IMG/VR virus record: IMGVR_UViG_3300005826_000294 | Location: 237,684-301,683 of that record | Strand: one strand, 5' to 3' | DNA: 64,000 bases | Shown: positions 1-10,198 of the stretch, in pieces | Layout of the letters: each line of letters opens with the position of its first letter | How positions within the stretch are numbered: position 1 is the first letter of the stretch | Notes under the pieces: generated by a model | What the model was told of the DNA's origin: nothing | What the model saw: only the letters and a program-made list of their open reading frames with translations | The model's database searches: none | Translations under genes and position numbers: made by a program

Positions 1-1475
1 CCTTTACCTTCAAGTTCTCCCATTTCTATATTTGGAGGATTAGTTTTACTTTCTTCTTCATCCTCCTTTAATCCACCTTTTAATTTGTTAATAACCTTCT
101 CAATTCTCGAACCAACATAAATATTTAATTCCAAAGCTTTAGCCTGTGCTTCTCCCAATTCTGGAAAATGAGATGCTATATTCAATGCATCAAGCATCAT
201 ATCTGCTTTTGATAATCCACGAATAAATTCTCTTTCACGAAATTTTTGTGATAATGGATTTAAAATATCTAATACATCTTGTACTGTTGCTGAAGAAAAT
301 GGATTTTCTTGTGAAACTTTTTCTGGTTCAGGATTTGGTAATGGTTCTTCTGGAGGTAAAGGTTCTTCAACACCAGCTGGAGGAGCACCTAGTTCTTCTG
401 AAGATGGGCCAATTTCAGGCATCTCAGCCATTTCAGTATTAGGCATTTCATTTGTATCTGTAGATGGAGGCATCATTTCTGATGATACATCCCCTTTCGG
501 AACATCCTCAGATACAGGTTTATCATAATCTTCAAACTCTCTACCAGTAAGCGCTTTTTCAATTTCCGAGGTTATATCTCCTGGAGGTGCAGCGATTTTT
601 CTTAACTCATTAGCACCTTCAATAAATCCATTATATTCCCATATAGATGCTGTTCGTATAATAACATCCTGCATCGAAGCAGTTGTTCTCATCATTGTTA
701 TTTCTCGTTTTAAATCCGATAATCCTTGATGAAGTCTATTATATACTTGATCAGGCCAAACATGAACAAAATTATAAAGCAATCTCTCTGCCGAATTTAA
801 TCTACTTAATAAAGTTTTTTTATAATCATCCAAAGTTTTCTCTTTTTTAATAATTGGAGGATCTGGTTGTTCAATTTCTTCCTGATTATCATTTAGAAGT
901 TGTTGAAGATCTAAATAAGAAGCATTCTTAATATTATATTTTTCATAATCACCTTTTTCATAATATCGTGCCCATGCTTCAAAATCATTTTTTTCCATAG
1001 GACTCCATTCCTCCGTTATTCGTTCAACAGCATTTTTACGATTTTCTCCACTTTTAGTTGCTATATATATCTGGGCAAGTGCTTGAACCCACTTTGAAAT
1101 ATCTCTTTTTGGTTTTAAGTTACTTTCCCCAACCCCTGATATATTTGGATAAGCGACCTTTTTCCTGTTCAATTCTCTCAAAGATTTAAGAACGGCCGCA
1201 CGAATTTTAGTTAAATCAATATCATCTAAACCTTTTAAATAATTAAAAGATTTTACTATAACTGGTTTTTTATCTTTAATGTTATACCCAAATTCCTTAC
1301 ATATATCATCACAAAAATGATCAAGATAAAATGCAAGATTTCGTTCTTGATCATTACTAACATTAAGATCAGATAAAAATTGAGTATCATTATCAAGTAA
1401 ATCTTTTAATTCTTGAGTAAAACCATTATCGGATAAGTCCTGTATTAAATCATCTACATAATTAATCTCACTCAT
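1..1475 (-). CDS. Hypothetical protein, >=491 aa, runs off the window edge; absent from the ORF track
   Basis: ATG at 1475 overlaps the end of the upstream gene and gives MSEINYVDDLIQDLSDNG. The same frame is open at the three points I spot-checked (ITEEWSPMEKNDFEAWARYY ~1019, SDLKREITMMRTT ~719, IEMGELEGK at the edge); not every codon was checked. Confidence 0.8.
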   Translation of the reverse strand, partial: MSEINYVDDLIQDLSDNGFTQELKDLLDNDTQFLSDLNVSNDQERNLAFYLDHFCDDICKEFGYNIKDKKPVIVKSFNYLKGLDDIDLTKIRAAVLKSLRELNRKKVAYPNISGVGESNLKPKRDISKWVQALAQIYIATKSGENRKNAVERITEEWSPMEKNDFEAWARYYEKGDYEKYNIKNASYLDLQQLLNDNQEEIEQPDPPIIKKEKTLDDYKKTLLSRLNSAERLLYNFVHVWPDQVYNRLHQGLSDLKREITMMRTTASMQDVIIRTASIWEYNGFIEGANELRKIAAPPGDITSEIEKALTGREFEDYDKPVSEDVPKGDVSSEMMPPSTDTNEMPNTEMAEMPEIGPSSEELGAPPAGVEEPLPPEEPLPNPEPEKVSQENPFSSATVQDVLDILNPLSQKFREREFIRGLSKADMMLDALNIASHFPELGEAQAKALELNIYVGSRIEKVINKLKGGLKEDEEESKTNPPNIEMGELEGK

Positions 1476-2229
1476 CTTCTGCCTCAACATCTTGTATTTT
1501 TTCTGCCAATGCCTGAGTATTGTTATGCATCTCAGATATACTCTCATGATTTTTCTTTCTATATGATAATTCAGCAATTTTATTACTTAATCTATGCATG
1601 AATCTAGTTGCTGTTTCATGGTCCATTTCTTCTTCTATAGTTTCCCTTACAGCACTACGTATTGCGGCCATTTGATCTTCAATTATGGTAATATTAACAT
1701 TTGTTTCTATTGTTTTATCAGCAATCTTATCAACATATTTTGCCCATTGTTGTATTGTTGTTGTCCATCCAGCAAAATATTTATGTAAATTTGCTTCTTC
1801 ATTTACAGAAAGTGTTCCCTCTGCTGCTCTGTCAAATAGATCTTCAACTCTCATTTTCACTGTTACTAAAAGTTCTTGTAATTCTTGGCGAATATCTACA
1901 TGAAGATTTGCCGCCTTTTCAACAGCTTGACGAAAAGCAGGAATTCTACGTAATTTGCTTTCTTCTTTCTTTTTATCTTTAATTTCTTTTTTCTCTCTTG
2001 TTGCTTGCTTTACAGAATCTAAAACATCTCCTTCTAAATTTAAATGCTGTTTTCTAAATTTTTGTAAAGTTGTTGGAGTAACATGTAATTTTTTATCTTT
2101 GGGATGTAGATTTTTAAGTTCTTTAGCTACAGCTCTAACCCCATGCCCATTTGTAAGCATGCGAACAATAAGATTTTTATTTGGATGACCTAAAATTTTA
2201 GAAAAAGATGACATAATTCTCCATTTCAT
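1468..2229 (-). CDS. Hypothetical protein with N-terminal HTH-like segment and coiled-coil; possibly small-terminase-like
   Basis: 253-aa ORF containing GHGVRAVAKEL...VTPTTLQKFRK. The terminase idea is a weak resemblance only. Confidence 0.6.
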   Translation of the reverse strand: MKWRIMSSFSKILGHPNKNLIVRMLTNGHGVRAVAKELKNLHPKDKKLHVTPTTLQKFRKQHLNLEGDVLDSVKQATREKKEIKDKKKEESKLRRIPAFRQAVEKAANLHVDIRQELQELLVTVKMRVEDLFDRAAEGTLSVNEEANLHKYFAGWTTTIQQWAKYVDKIADKTIETNVNITIIEDQMAAIRSAVRETIEEEMDHETATRFMHRLSNKIAELSYRKKNHESISEMHNNTQALAEKIQDVEAEDE

Positions 2230-2281
2230 AAAAAACGCCCAATAGTGGCTCGTCTAGAATAAATACGAGTTCTATCGGGCG
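2230..2281 (-). terminator. Long hairpin plus U-tract ending directly at the ATG of the next gene
   Basis: Minus strand CGCCCGATAG-A-ACTCGT-(11 nt)-ACGAGC-CA-CTATTGGGCG-TTTTTT: 10-bp outer stem with one G-U pair. Confidence 0.65.
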
Positions 2282-2289
2282 AGAATGAC

Positions 2290-3165
2290 TTAATTAATTC
2301 TATTTAATATACTTTGACGACTATCATAAACTCTCATAGGAATACCACCATAATTACTAGTTGTTGGTGTTTGTGCCGATATACTCCCGCCAGGAACTCT
2401 CTGTCCTTGATAATTTTTATAACCTATTTCATAATTATAAACTTTTCCATCTATTGGACATTGATATATTCTTTCAGAAACTCTTGTAGCTTGTGTTCCA
2501 TTATGATCTGGACAATATCTTGTAGATAAATGCCCTTCATTAGGAGGTTGAATCGGATTACTATTTAATTCTTCTTCTGCTATAATATCTAATTCATTAG
2601 CTAAAAGATGAGCCCCTAATGTATCTGAAAATTCAGCTAATTTTATAATATCCATAATACGTTCTGACTTTTTTTGCTGAATTTGCTCCATTCTATTTGT
2701 TCTTTCAATAAGTCCAAATACTAATTTTCTTAAATCCATTAATTCTGCGTTTAATCCCTCAAGAGTTAATTCAGAAGCATTCTTTAGAAAATTATCAATC
2801 TTATTTGCAAGACCTTTATAACCTTGTTTATCTAAAGCATCAGCTAATTTAATAAGATCATTAGTTAAAATTTGAGCTTTTGCCCGTGTTGGATAAGATT
2901 GTAATTGAGCAATAAATTTTGGTCCTATTTGCTTATTAAACTTATTTACAAAATTTCCAAAATAAGTATTATAATTAATAAGATCTTCAAATAAGTTATA
3001 TATTTGTGATTTTATCGCAAAATACTCATCTTTAGTTATTCTTCCATTTACCATACTAGAATATAAACCAGATAATTTACGTGTATATTGTTGATAAGAA
3101 TAAGCAGCCTGAGATAATGTATTAAATACATTTTCCATTTCATTAACTAATTGAGTATTAACCAT
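2290..3165 (-). CDS. Hypothetical protein with two KLA-D motifs and a C-terminal Cys/His (Zn-ribbon-like) segment
   Basis: LIKLADALDKQGYKGLANKID and IIKLAEFSDTLGAHLLANELD; YCPDH...YQCPIDGK. Confidence 0.75.
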   Translation of the reverse strand: MVNTQLVNEMENVFNTLSQAAYSYQQYTRKLSGLYSSMVNGRITKDEYFAIKSQIYNLFEDLINYNTYFGNFVNKFNKQIGPKFIAQLQSYPTRAKAQILTNDLIKLADALDKQGYKGLANKIDNFLKNASELTLEGLNAELMDLRKLVFGLIERTNRMEQIQQKKSERIMDIIKLAEFSDTLGAHLLANELDIIAEEELNSNPIQPPNEGHLSTRYCPDHNGTQATRVSERIYQCPIDGKVYNYEIGYKNYQGQRVPGGSISAQTPTTSNYGGIPMRVYDSRQSILNRIN

Positions 3166-3167
3166 AA

Positions 3168-4841
3168 TTAATCACCTACTAATACTTTTGCTGTACTAAA
3201 AAATGCTTCGATATGTTTCTTAGCATCTTGAGCAGCATACGTTGATCGCTTATGCCAAATACCATTATCATCTCTAATTAATTCATGAGCAGGCAAACCA
3301 AGTTTTTTATGAATTGGATACATTGAATTTGGAGTTTTAACAAACTGATCACTATCTTCATATGCCTGAACCATTATATCTTTAGCAGATCCCAATTTAG
3401 ATAAAAATCCATGATAATCTGCTACAACAGAACGATATGTATTTTCATCATATTGTTGAGAAATAATCTCTAAAACTTCATCACAAGTATCAAAATCCCC
3501 TTTGGCAGCTGATTTACTCATAATATCTCTAAGATTACCTAAATTCATAGAATATAATTGATTGTCTAATCTTATTGCTCCATCTGTTTTTCCGGCCTCT
3601 TTCATCGCGAGTGCCTGAAGATTTGGTGCAGTAAAATCAGCAATATAATCATTTTTAGCAAATACAGAAGGAAGTAATGGGGAATTTCCATTCATTTCAA
3701 TTGGAACTTCAATTTTTAATTTTCCTTGTGGAGTATTAAGAATTGCTTCACAAATAAAACCATCATTAGTAGAAGAAGAAATTCTAACCTGAGAATTCTT
3801 AAAACCCATTGAACCAAGTTCAGAAATAATCATACGCTTTGCCATTCTAACAGATGCTTGTGGATAACCAACAGATGCTTCTAATACACTTTCTTCAATA
3901 TCTGTTGCTAAAGTTTTTAATTCTGATGGGACTGGAGTTTTTGGAATTTCGACATCTTTAAGAATATTATAATCTTTTAATTCAGCAAAAGATCCTGGAG
4001 CAGATAATCCTTCACTACCATTTGATTGTGGAAGACTATTAAATAGTTGAGCAAATTCTTCTTTTGCTGTTAACTTTGGAGCAGCCCCAAGTGCGTGATC
4101 TAATGTGTTAAGAATATTAGAAACTTCTGGAAGATGTCCCCTATTATTAGAAGCGGAATTTAAATATTCAGATAATTTAGCAGTAGTTAATTGTTCAAAA
4201 GTATTTGACCCAACAAAAACACTTGGAAGTTTGTCTCCATTTGATTCCGCAGGAATATAAACTGGAATAGAACCACGATTAGTATCTAAATTGGTAGCAA
4301 AAACTAAAAATCTTGAATTTCCTCCTGCTAAACGAACACGAGGATTTGTGAAACCCATTGACCTTAATTCTAATTCTACTTTTTCTTTTGCTTTAGAAGC
4401 ATTCTGTGGATCATATCTATTAGATGCTTGACTAAAAAGATTATCAAACCCATCTTTGACTTTATTATCAACATCATACTCTAGAAAACCTTCTACTGGA
4501 TCTCTCATTGATTCAATATAATTATTATTTTCAGAGTTTTTAATGTTTTTATCAGAAATTAACAGATCTCCTAAAACTTCTCTAAATCGTGTATTTGTAT
4601 TTAATCCTACAAGTTGTTGATATATTTCTTCTAATTGCCCTTGAGTTATTAACCCTTGTGGATCTTTAGAACATAATTTTTCGACAACACTTGCTACAGA
4701 TTTAATTACAATGTCGCCAGGATTTTCATCCGCCGCTTGACGTAGTCTTTGACTTAAATCACCAATATGAAATCCCTTTCCATGCTCAAGTTTGGCCAGC
4801 AAGTATTCTGCTTGATTTTTCAGAGCATTAAAATTAGCCAT
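3168..4841 (-). CDS. Hypothetical protein with an internally duplicated ~75-aa domain (probable start MANFNALK at 4841)
   Basis: ELRSMGFTNPRVRL...IPAESNGDKLPSVF is repeated as ELGSMGFKNSQVRI...VPIEMNGNSPLLPSVF. Confidence 0.75.
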   Translation of the reverse strand: MANFNALKNQAEYLLAKLEHGKGFHIGDLSQRLRQAADENPGDIVIKSVASVVEKLCSKDPQGLITQGQLEEIYQQLVGLNTNTRFREVLGDLLISDKNIKNSENNNYIESMRDPVEGFLEYDVDNKVKDGFDNLFSQASNRYDPQNASKAKEKVELELRSMGFTNPRVRLAGGNSRFLVFATNLDTNRGSIPVYIPAESNGDKLPSVFVGSNTFEQLTTAKLSEYLNSASNNRGHLPEVSNILNTLDHALGAAPKLTAKEEFAQLFNSLPQSNGSEGLSAPGSFAELKDYNILKDVEIPKTPVPSELKTLATDIEESVLEASVGYPQASVRMAKRMIISELGSMGFKNSQVRISSSTNDGFICEAILNTPQGKLKIEVPIEMNGNSPLLPSVFAKNDYIADFTAPNLQALAMKEAGKTDGAIRLDNQLYSMNLGNLRDIMSKSAAKGDFDTCDEVLEIISQQYDENTYRSVVADYHGFLSKLGSAKDIMVQAYEDSDQFVKTPNSMYPIHKKLGLPAHELIRDDNGIWHKRSTYAAQDAKKHIEAFFSTAKVLVGD

Positions 4842-6255
4842 TTGTTTTTGCCTCCAAATAATTTTCAAGCGCCTGCTGATCTACTGGCGCCAATGTTTTT
4901 ATATCTTTAAGAATTCTTTTCAATTCTTCAGGACTTACCAATTTAGTACCTAATTCTTCTATGTCTGAATCTGTTAATTCTATTTCTTCTGGAGCCCATT
5001 GACCTTCATCAGAATTAACATCAGTAAAATCAAATTTATCTTCATTATCTTGCTCTGCGTATTTATTTTCAATATCAAAAATAAGTTTTTCAAGTTCATC
5101 ACCACTATCCATCTCTGGATATTTTTCATTCTGTAAATCAGAAATCAATGTTTCAACTTTTTCAATTTCATCTAAATCTAATGGATATTCACTTATTAAA
5201 TTTTCTGCTTTATCTATTAAATATTCTCTATCTGCTTCAACACCTTCCGATGATTGAGAACCAGGACCATAGGTTTCCATTCCGGAATCCCAAAAAGCCT
5301 TATCTTCTTCATCTAATTCAGCACGAACCATAAGTTTCATTTCTAAAGCTGCTAAAGCATCATTTTCATAAGGCCATGCTTCTTCTAACTCTTTAAATAG
5401 TTTAGAAATTTCTTTTTTTGGAAGATCCCCAATTGTTTCAACATTATTTTTCTCAAGATATTTTGAACGAATTTCATCAAAAACTTTATTATATTTTACA
5501 CCATTATTATTTGAATCATATTCATCTCCAAACATATCTTTTACATCATTTATACCACATTTTCCACAATGAGCTTCTTTATTCAGGTGAAGATTAAAAA
5601 ATGCCAAACTCCATTCTTTATCATTATTAGCAAGATTACCAAATGGAACGGCTGGTTCTTTTTTTAAATCAACTGCTTCCTGCTCATCTTCAGTCTCTTC
5701 AATTTCAGAATCATTTTTATCAACAATTTCTTTGATCTCTTCAATAATTGGATCAGTAATATCTTTAGCTGTAATCCAATTTTTTATATCTTCTAATAAA
5801 CCAGATTGCTTTATAGCAACAAATTTTTCACTAGGAAGTTCAGATAATAGTTTTAAAGCAAATTTTCCATCTGAAGATAATTTTTTATACACAACTCCTT
5901 GAAGAGATTTTCCATCATATGGAGTTTCAGCTCCAAAATCTTTACTAGCAAGACGTATTAGCGGAACATTATTAAAAGAAATTGTAAGATTAGCATACTT
6001 TTTATCAGCCATTACTGACCAATTAGATGCCTCTACTTTATCTTCATCTAAAGAATATGTGCGAACTAAAAATTCATTCCCATCATCATCCGCTTGTAAT
6101 TGCCATAAATCATCTGATTCATCTCCATCTATACGAAACATATCAAATGCGACTTTAACAAGTCTATGCTCATTTCCCTTTAAAGGAATTCGATTCGAAT
6201 CAAGCATTTTTGCTATTTTTGTAAAGTCCACGTGGTACTTTTCCATTAATTTCAC
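4834..6255 (-). CDS. Hypothetical protein, highly acidic C-terminal half
   Basis: 473-aa ORF; no recognisable enzyme motif. Confidence 0.75.
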   Translation of the reverse strand: MKLMEKYHVDFTKIAKMLDSNRIPLKGNEHRLVKVAFDMFRIDGDESDDLWQLQADDDGNEFLVRTYSLDEDKVEASNWSVMADKKYANLTISFNNVPLIRLASKDFGAETPYDGKSLQGVVYKKLSSDGKFALKLLSELPSEKFVAIKQSGLLEDIKNWITAKDITDPIIEEIKEIVDKNDSEIEETEDEQEAVDLKKEPAVPFGNLANNDKEWSLAFFNLHLNKEAHCGKCGINDVKDMFGDEYDSNNNGVKYNKVFDEIRSKYLEKNNVETIGDLPKKEISKLFKELEEAWPYENDALAALEMKLMVRAELDEEDKAFWDSGMETYGPGSQSSEGVEADREYLIDKAENLISEYPLDLDEIEKVETLISDLQNEKYPEMDSGDELEKLIFDIENKYAEQDNEDKFDFTDVNSDEGQWAPEEIELTDSDIEELGTKLVSPEELKRILKDIKTLAPVDQQALENYLEAKTNG

Positions 6256-6593
6256 CCTCCAACTATGTGTATAAAAAATAGTTTCTCTCTGTAATATCTG
6301 TGTATTGATAGAAACTTACAAGTGAAATGTGGACAAGTTATAACGAAATATAATCTAAGTTTAACAAAATAGCATTATATTTTAATCAATATATAACATT
6401 TTTAATATATAATTATTATAAGTTCTTAAAATTATTGTAAAAAAATAAATATATACTATTAATAAATAAATCTAAAAACCTCCAACAACCTAATTATATT
6501 GATGAAAAATATTTTTCCTAATTATAGAAATTTGACGCATTGAGTCGTCCTAAAATCTAGACGCACTACTCCTTCGATTTTTATAATACAAAT

Positions 6594-6630
6594 AAAAAAA
6601 GGGCCGGAGAAATCTCCGGCCCAAAAAAAA
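6594..6630. terminator. Bidirectional intrinsic terminator
   Basis: GGGCCGGAG-AAAT-CTCCGGCCC (6601-6622) flanked by A7 and A8 tracts, right after the stop of 6631..6939. Confidence 0.9.
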
Positions 6631-6939
6631 CTAAAACTTAATTCCTTCTTCTTTTATATAAAAATCTATTGCTTCTGTCAACTCTTCCATAGGATTATGA
6701 GAAATAAAATAATAATAAAATTCCATTGAATCAATAGACTCTTTTGTTAAAGAAATTGTAATGCTAAGAAAATCAGGATCCCTAGACTTAATACTTATCC
6801 ACATTTCTTTATTACCTTTCCAACAAGCAAAATAATGATTTTTCTTATTTATGATTTCCAATGGAAGTTTTGTAGTAAAATTTTTAACAACATTATTAGT
6901 TAATGATTTTAGCAAATGTCTATGATTTAATAGTTTCAT
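6631..6939 (-). CDS. Hypothetical protein
   Basis: 102-aa ORF in the operon, overlapping the cysC stop. Confidence 0.6.
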   Translation of the reverse strand: MKLLNHRHLLKSLTNNVVKNFTTKLPLEIINKKNHYFACWKGNKEMWISIKSRDPDFLSITISLTKESIDSMEFYYYFISHNPMEELTEAIDFYIKEEGIKF

Positions 6940-7447
6940 TTTTTATTATAAACTCCTCTAGTATATTAGAAGCCTCTTCTATAGTTAAATTCTCAGTATT
7001 AATAATCAAATCTGGAGCTGAAGGTTCCTCAAAAGGATCTGAAATTCCTGTAAAATTAGAAATATGATTAATATGATCTTCAGGAAGTAATGCTCTATAA
7101 TAAAGACCCTTCGGGTCTCTGTTTTTCAATACGGATAAAGGACATTGAATATAAACTAACTTTGTACAATCATATGAATTTAATTCGTTTCTTATATCAT
7201 CATAAGGATTAATAGCAGACATTATACTAATTATACCATTTCTAGCTAATATTCTTCCAACAAAACCTAAACGACGAACATTTGTATTTCTATCTTTTTT
7301 TGAAAATCCTAAATCATTACATAAGTTTAAACGATATTCATCTCCATCGATAATCTCAACTTTAAATTTTGTTCTTAATTTTTGAGAAACAAAATTAGCA
7401 ATAGTACTTTTTCCAGCCCCACTCATACCAGTTAATTGATAAAACAT
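6920..7447 (-). CDS. cysC: Adenylyl-sulfate (APS) kinase
   Basis: P-loop TGMSGAGKST, LDGD-like IDGDEYR, LGFSKKDRNTNVRR, RDPKGLY, FTGISDPFEEP. Confidence 0.93.
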   Translation of the reverse strand: MFYQLTGMSGAGKSTIANFVSQKLRTKFKVEIIDGDEYRLNLCNDLGFSKKDRNTNVRRLGFVGRILARNGIISIMSAINPYDDIRNELNSYDCTKLVYIQCPLSVLKNRDPKGLYYRALLPEDHINHISNFTGISDPFEEPSAPDLIINTENLTIEEASNILEEFIIKNETIKS

Positions 7448-7713
7448 TATATTTTTCTAGTATCAACATATACACCTTCTATAGATGAATATGCCCATCT
7501 TTCTCCATTATTTAATTTAACAACTGATATTAGTTTTTCATCATAACCATATATATCAGGATTCCATAAATGTAAGATTGTAGCATTTTCCTTTATTTCT
7601 AAAGTATAATCGTTTGATTTTCCTGGGTGTAAAAGAGTTCCATGGAAAAATATTAAATGAGGACAATCAATCATATCCGAAGGAACAATACAACTATAAT
7701 AAGATTTCTTCAT
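7447..7713 (-). CDS. Hypothetical protein
   Basis: 88-aa ORF coupled to both neighbours. Confidence 0.6.
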   Translation of the reverse strand: MKKSYYSCIVPSDMIDCPHLIFFHGTLLHPGKSNDYTLEIKENATILHLWNPDIYGYDEKLISVVKLNNGERWAYSSIEGVYVDTRKI

Positions 7714-8996
7714 TACCCATCTCCATATGTATATATAATAAAATATCCACTATTAATTATTGCTTCTCTTCTCTTTAAAGTTCTTTCATATAATTTTTTA
7801 TACTTTATCCCACTTATAGGATGCTTTTTATTTAAATCCATATCATCTTTACCATGCCAAAAAAAATGGTCATATTCATAAACAATTTTTTTCTTCTTAT
7901 CTAGAGCATCAACTCTGACCATTTTTCCATTTTTTAATCTTATTGATTTTTCCCTATATTCTTTTGGAACTCCAAGCATATCTAACCATTCTTGACTTGC
8001 TTTAGAAACCGTATGATTACATTTAACACATCCTCTTCCAATTAAATGATCATGAGGGGCTTGAGAAAATTCCCCATGTTTCTCACATATTATAATAACT
8101 TCAATTCTATTATTCTTATATTCTACTTTTGAATAATCATATTTATTACCATGAATTTTCCTAGATTTTTTAATAAATTCTTTTGTGTTAGATTTCTTGG
8201 TTCCCTTACATTCAAAACATTCATGTCCATTAAAATGATTCTTTGCGTTTTGTTCAAATTCTCCATGAATAGGACATATTATAATAACCTTTAATTCACC
8301 ATTAATATATTTTACTTTCGAATAATCATATTTATCACCATGTGCTTCTCGTGATCTTCTAATAAATTCATCTTTTCCTATTCTTTTTTTACGATTTCTG
8401 GATGTTTTTCCACATTTAGGACAACCACTACCATTTAAATGACTTTTAAAATTTTGAGAAAACTCTCCATGATTCCTACATATAATAGTTATTTTAGATT
8501 TATTACAATCTGTTTTAGAATAATCATATCTATTTTTATGAACCTTTCTTGCTTCTTTTATAAACATATCATTATCTATTTTTATCTTACCATGTTTTCT
8601 AGAATATATATTAAGTTTTCTCATACACATAGGGCAACCATGATTCCCAAGATGATTTTCCGCTTTTTGAGAAAATTCTCCATGTTCTCTACATATAATA
8701 GTTATTTTTGTTTTATTATTCTTATATTCTATTTTTGAATAATCATATTTATTACCATGGATTTTTATAGCATCTTGTATAAACTCTTTATTTGTTTTTC
8801 TTTTATTACCAAAACACTTAAAACATCCATGACCATATAAATGACTTTTAGGATTCTGAAAAAACTCTCCATGTTCACTACATATGATGATTATTTTTGT
8901 TTTATTATTTTTATATTTTGTTTTTGAATAATCATATCTATTACCATGAACTTGTTTTGCTTGAAATATAAATTCATCTATAGTTTTTCTAACCAT
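7713..8996 (-). CDS. Homing-endonuclease-like protein: 5 Zn-binding repeats (DUF723-like) plus a C-terminal PD-(D/E)XK/Vsr-like domain
   Basis: Five units of EFI..A..HG.KYDYSK..Y....K..IIC..HGEF.Q....HL...GC..C; C-terminal VDALDKKKKIVYEYDHFFWHG. Confidence 0.8.
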   Translation of the reverse strand: MVRKTIDEFIFQAKQVHGNRYDYSKTKYKNNKTKIIIICSEHGEFFQNPKSHLYGHGCFKCFGNKRKTNKEFIQDAIKIHGNKYDYSKIEYKNNKTKITIICREHGEFSQKAENHLGNHGCPMCMRKLNIYSRKHGKIKIDNDMFIKEARKVHKNRYDYSKTDCNKSKITIICRNHGEFSQNFKSHLNGSGCPKCGKTSRNRKKRIGKDEFIRRSREAHGDKYDYSKVKYINGELKVIIICPIHGEFEQNAKNHFNGHECFECKGTKKSNTKEFIKKSRKIHGNKYDYSKVEYKNNRIEVIIICEKHGEFSQAPHDHLIGRGCVKCNHTVSKASQEWLDMLGVPKEYREKSIRLKNGKMVRVDALDKKKKIVYEYDHFFWHGKDDMDLNKKHPISGIKYKKLYERTLKRREAIINSGYFIIYTYGDG

Positions 8997-9444
8997 CTTC
9001 TTCGCCAGATAATTTATTTCTCAAAAGATCCATTTTTTGTAATATCTCTAAAACATTTTCATCCTTAAAACATATTTTCTTCATTTTTTTTAATAACCCA
9101 CCATATCTCTTTTTTTTATTGTTATAGTCAATATTTCCGCGAAAAAGTTTATGAACCGTAGTTTGATGAATACCCAATTCTTTTCCTATCTCAATCTGAG
9201 TTTTTCCTTCTAAATATAAAGTAGCAACTTCACATTGTCTTTTAGTTAATTGAGTATTTATTATTCTAACAACCTCAACCATAAGTTGTCTTTGTAATTC
9301 ATAGAATTCCTCAGAATACTTAGATAAATTTAGTTGAGATCCAAGTCCATTGGCAGCAGAAACATCATTTAAAACATTTGGATCTACTGCTATTTCAACT
9401 ATTTTATATTGATATGAGTCTGATTTATTTTTTTTACGAGCCAT
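8989..9444 (-). CDS. Sigma-70 region 4 / LuxR-like HTH DNA-binding protein
   Basis: LTKRQCEVATLYLEGKTQIEIGKELGIHQTTVHKL. Confidence 0.75.
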   Translation of the reverse strand: MARKKNKSDSYQYKIVEIAVDPNVLNDVSAANGLGSQLNLSKYSEEFYELQRQLMVEVVRIINTQLTKRQCEVATLYLEGKTQIEIGKELGIHQTTVHKLFRGNIDYNNKKKRYGGLLKKMKKICFKDENVLEILQKMDLLRNKLSGEEDG

Positions 9445-9445
9445 A

Positions 9446-10198
9446 TTACCTCGAATTTAAGGTTTTAGATATGTGGGTTTTTAAAATAGATACAAAATCT
9501 TTTATTGTATATTTAGATAAAAATTCATCTACATCTTTCGAATCTGTATTTTTTAAAGGATTTGCAGCAATAATTTTAACATTTTCATATTGTTTTTTCA
9601 ATGCGATTTGATTTGCTCTAAATTGAGCATCTTCTTCATTATCAAATAATAATACTATTCTATTTGTATATCTTGCTAATAATGCTATATGTCTTATAGA
9701 TAAATATTTTCCACAGACTGCTACTACATTATCTAAACCTTTTTGGTGTGGAGTAATAACATCAAAATATCCTTCAACCACAAACACTATATTTTTTTTC
9801 AAAATACTTCGTTTTGCGTAATTCAATCCAAAAAGGTGTTTGCTTTTTGAATATTTTGAATTCATATATTTTAATATTCTATTTTTATTTCTTTCTTTCT
9901 CTGATAACCGAGTTCTTCCAGCAATAGCAATATAATTATTATATACATCTTTAATTGGAAAAATTAAATCTTGGTTTTTAAATTTACTATAAGAAGCATT
10001 TTGTATAATATCTGCTTCTCTTAGATCTTTAGGATTTAAAGTAAATAAATCTCTTAAATCTTGAGGGAAAATTCCTATTTCAAACTTTGTAATAGATTCA
10101 TCTGTCAAACCTCTATTTTTAAGATATGTAATAACTTCTTGGTCTTTCAGTAGCCTTTTATGACAGAACTTAGCTACTTTACTATATACATTACTCAC
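9446..10198 (-). CDS. dnaG: DnaG-type primase catalytic core (Toprim), lacking the N-terminal zinc-binding domain
   Basis: YLKNRGL, FPIKD...IAGR, KYMNS, VVEGYFDVI, FDNEED, KDVDE. Confidence 0.88.
   Translation of the reverse strand: MSNVYSKVAKFCHKRLLKDQEVITYLKNRGLTDESITKFEIGIFPQDLRDLFTLNPKDLREADIIQNASYSKFKNQDLIFPIKDVYNNYIAIAGRTRLSEKERNKNRILKYMNSKYSKSKHLFGLNYAKRSILKKNIVFVVEGYFDVITPHQKGLDNVVAVCGKYLSIRHIALLARYTNRIVLLFDNEEDAQFRANQIALKKQYENVKIIAANPLKNTDSKDVDEFLSKYTIKDFVSILKTHISKTLNSR

Noticed and set aside
6532-6556. Sigma70 promoter TTGACG...TAAAAT on the plus strand
   Set aside because: Spacer is only 13 nt and there is no downstream plus-strand gene.
6256-6803. Replication origin (AT-rich stretch, TGTGGACAA near 6328, TTATCCACA at 6795)
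   Set aside because: Only one perfect DnaA box, inside a CDS, plus one mismatched box; no cluster or iterons.
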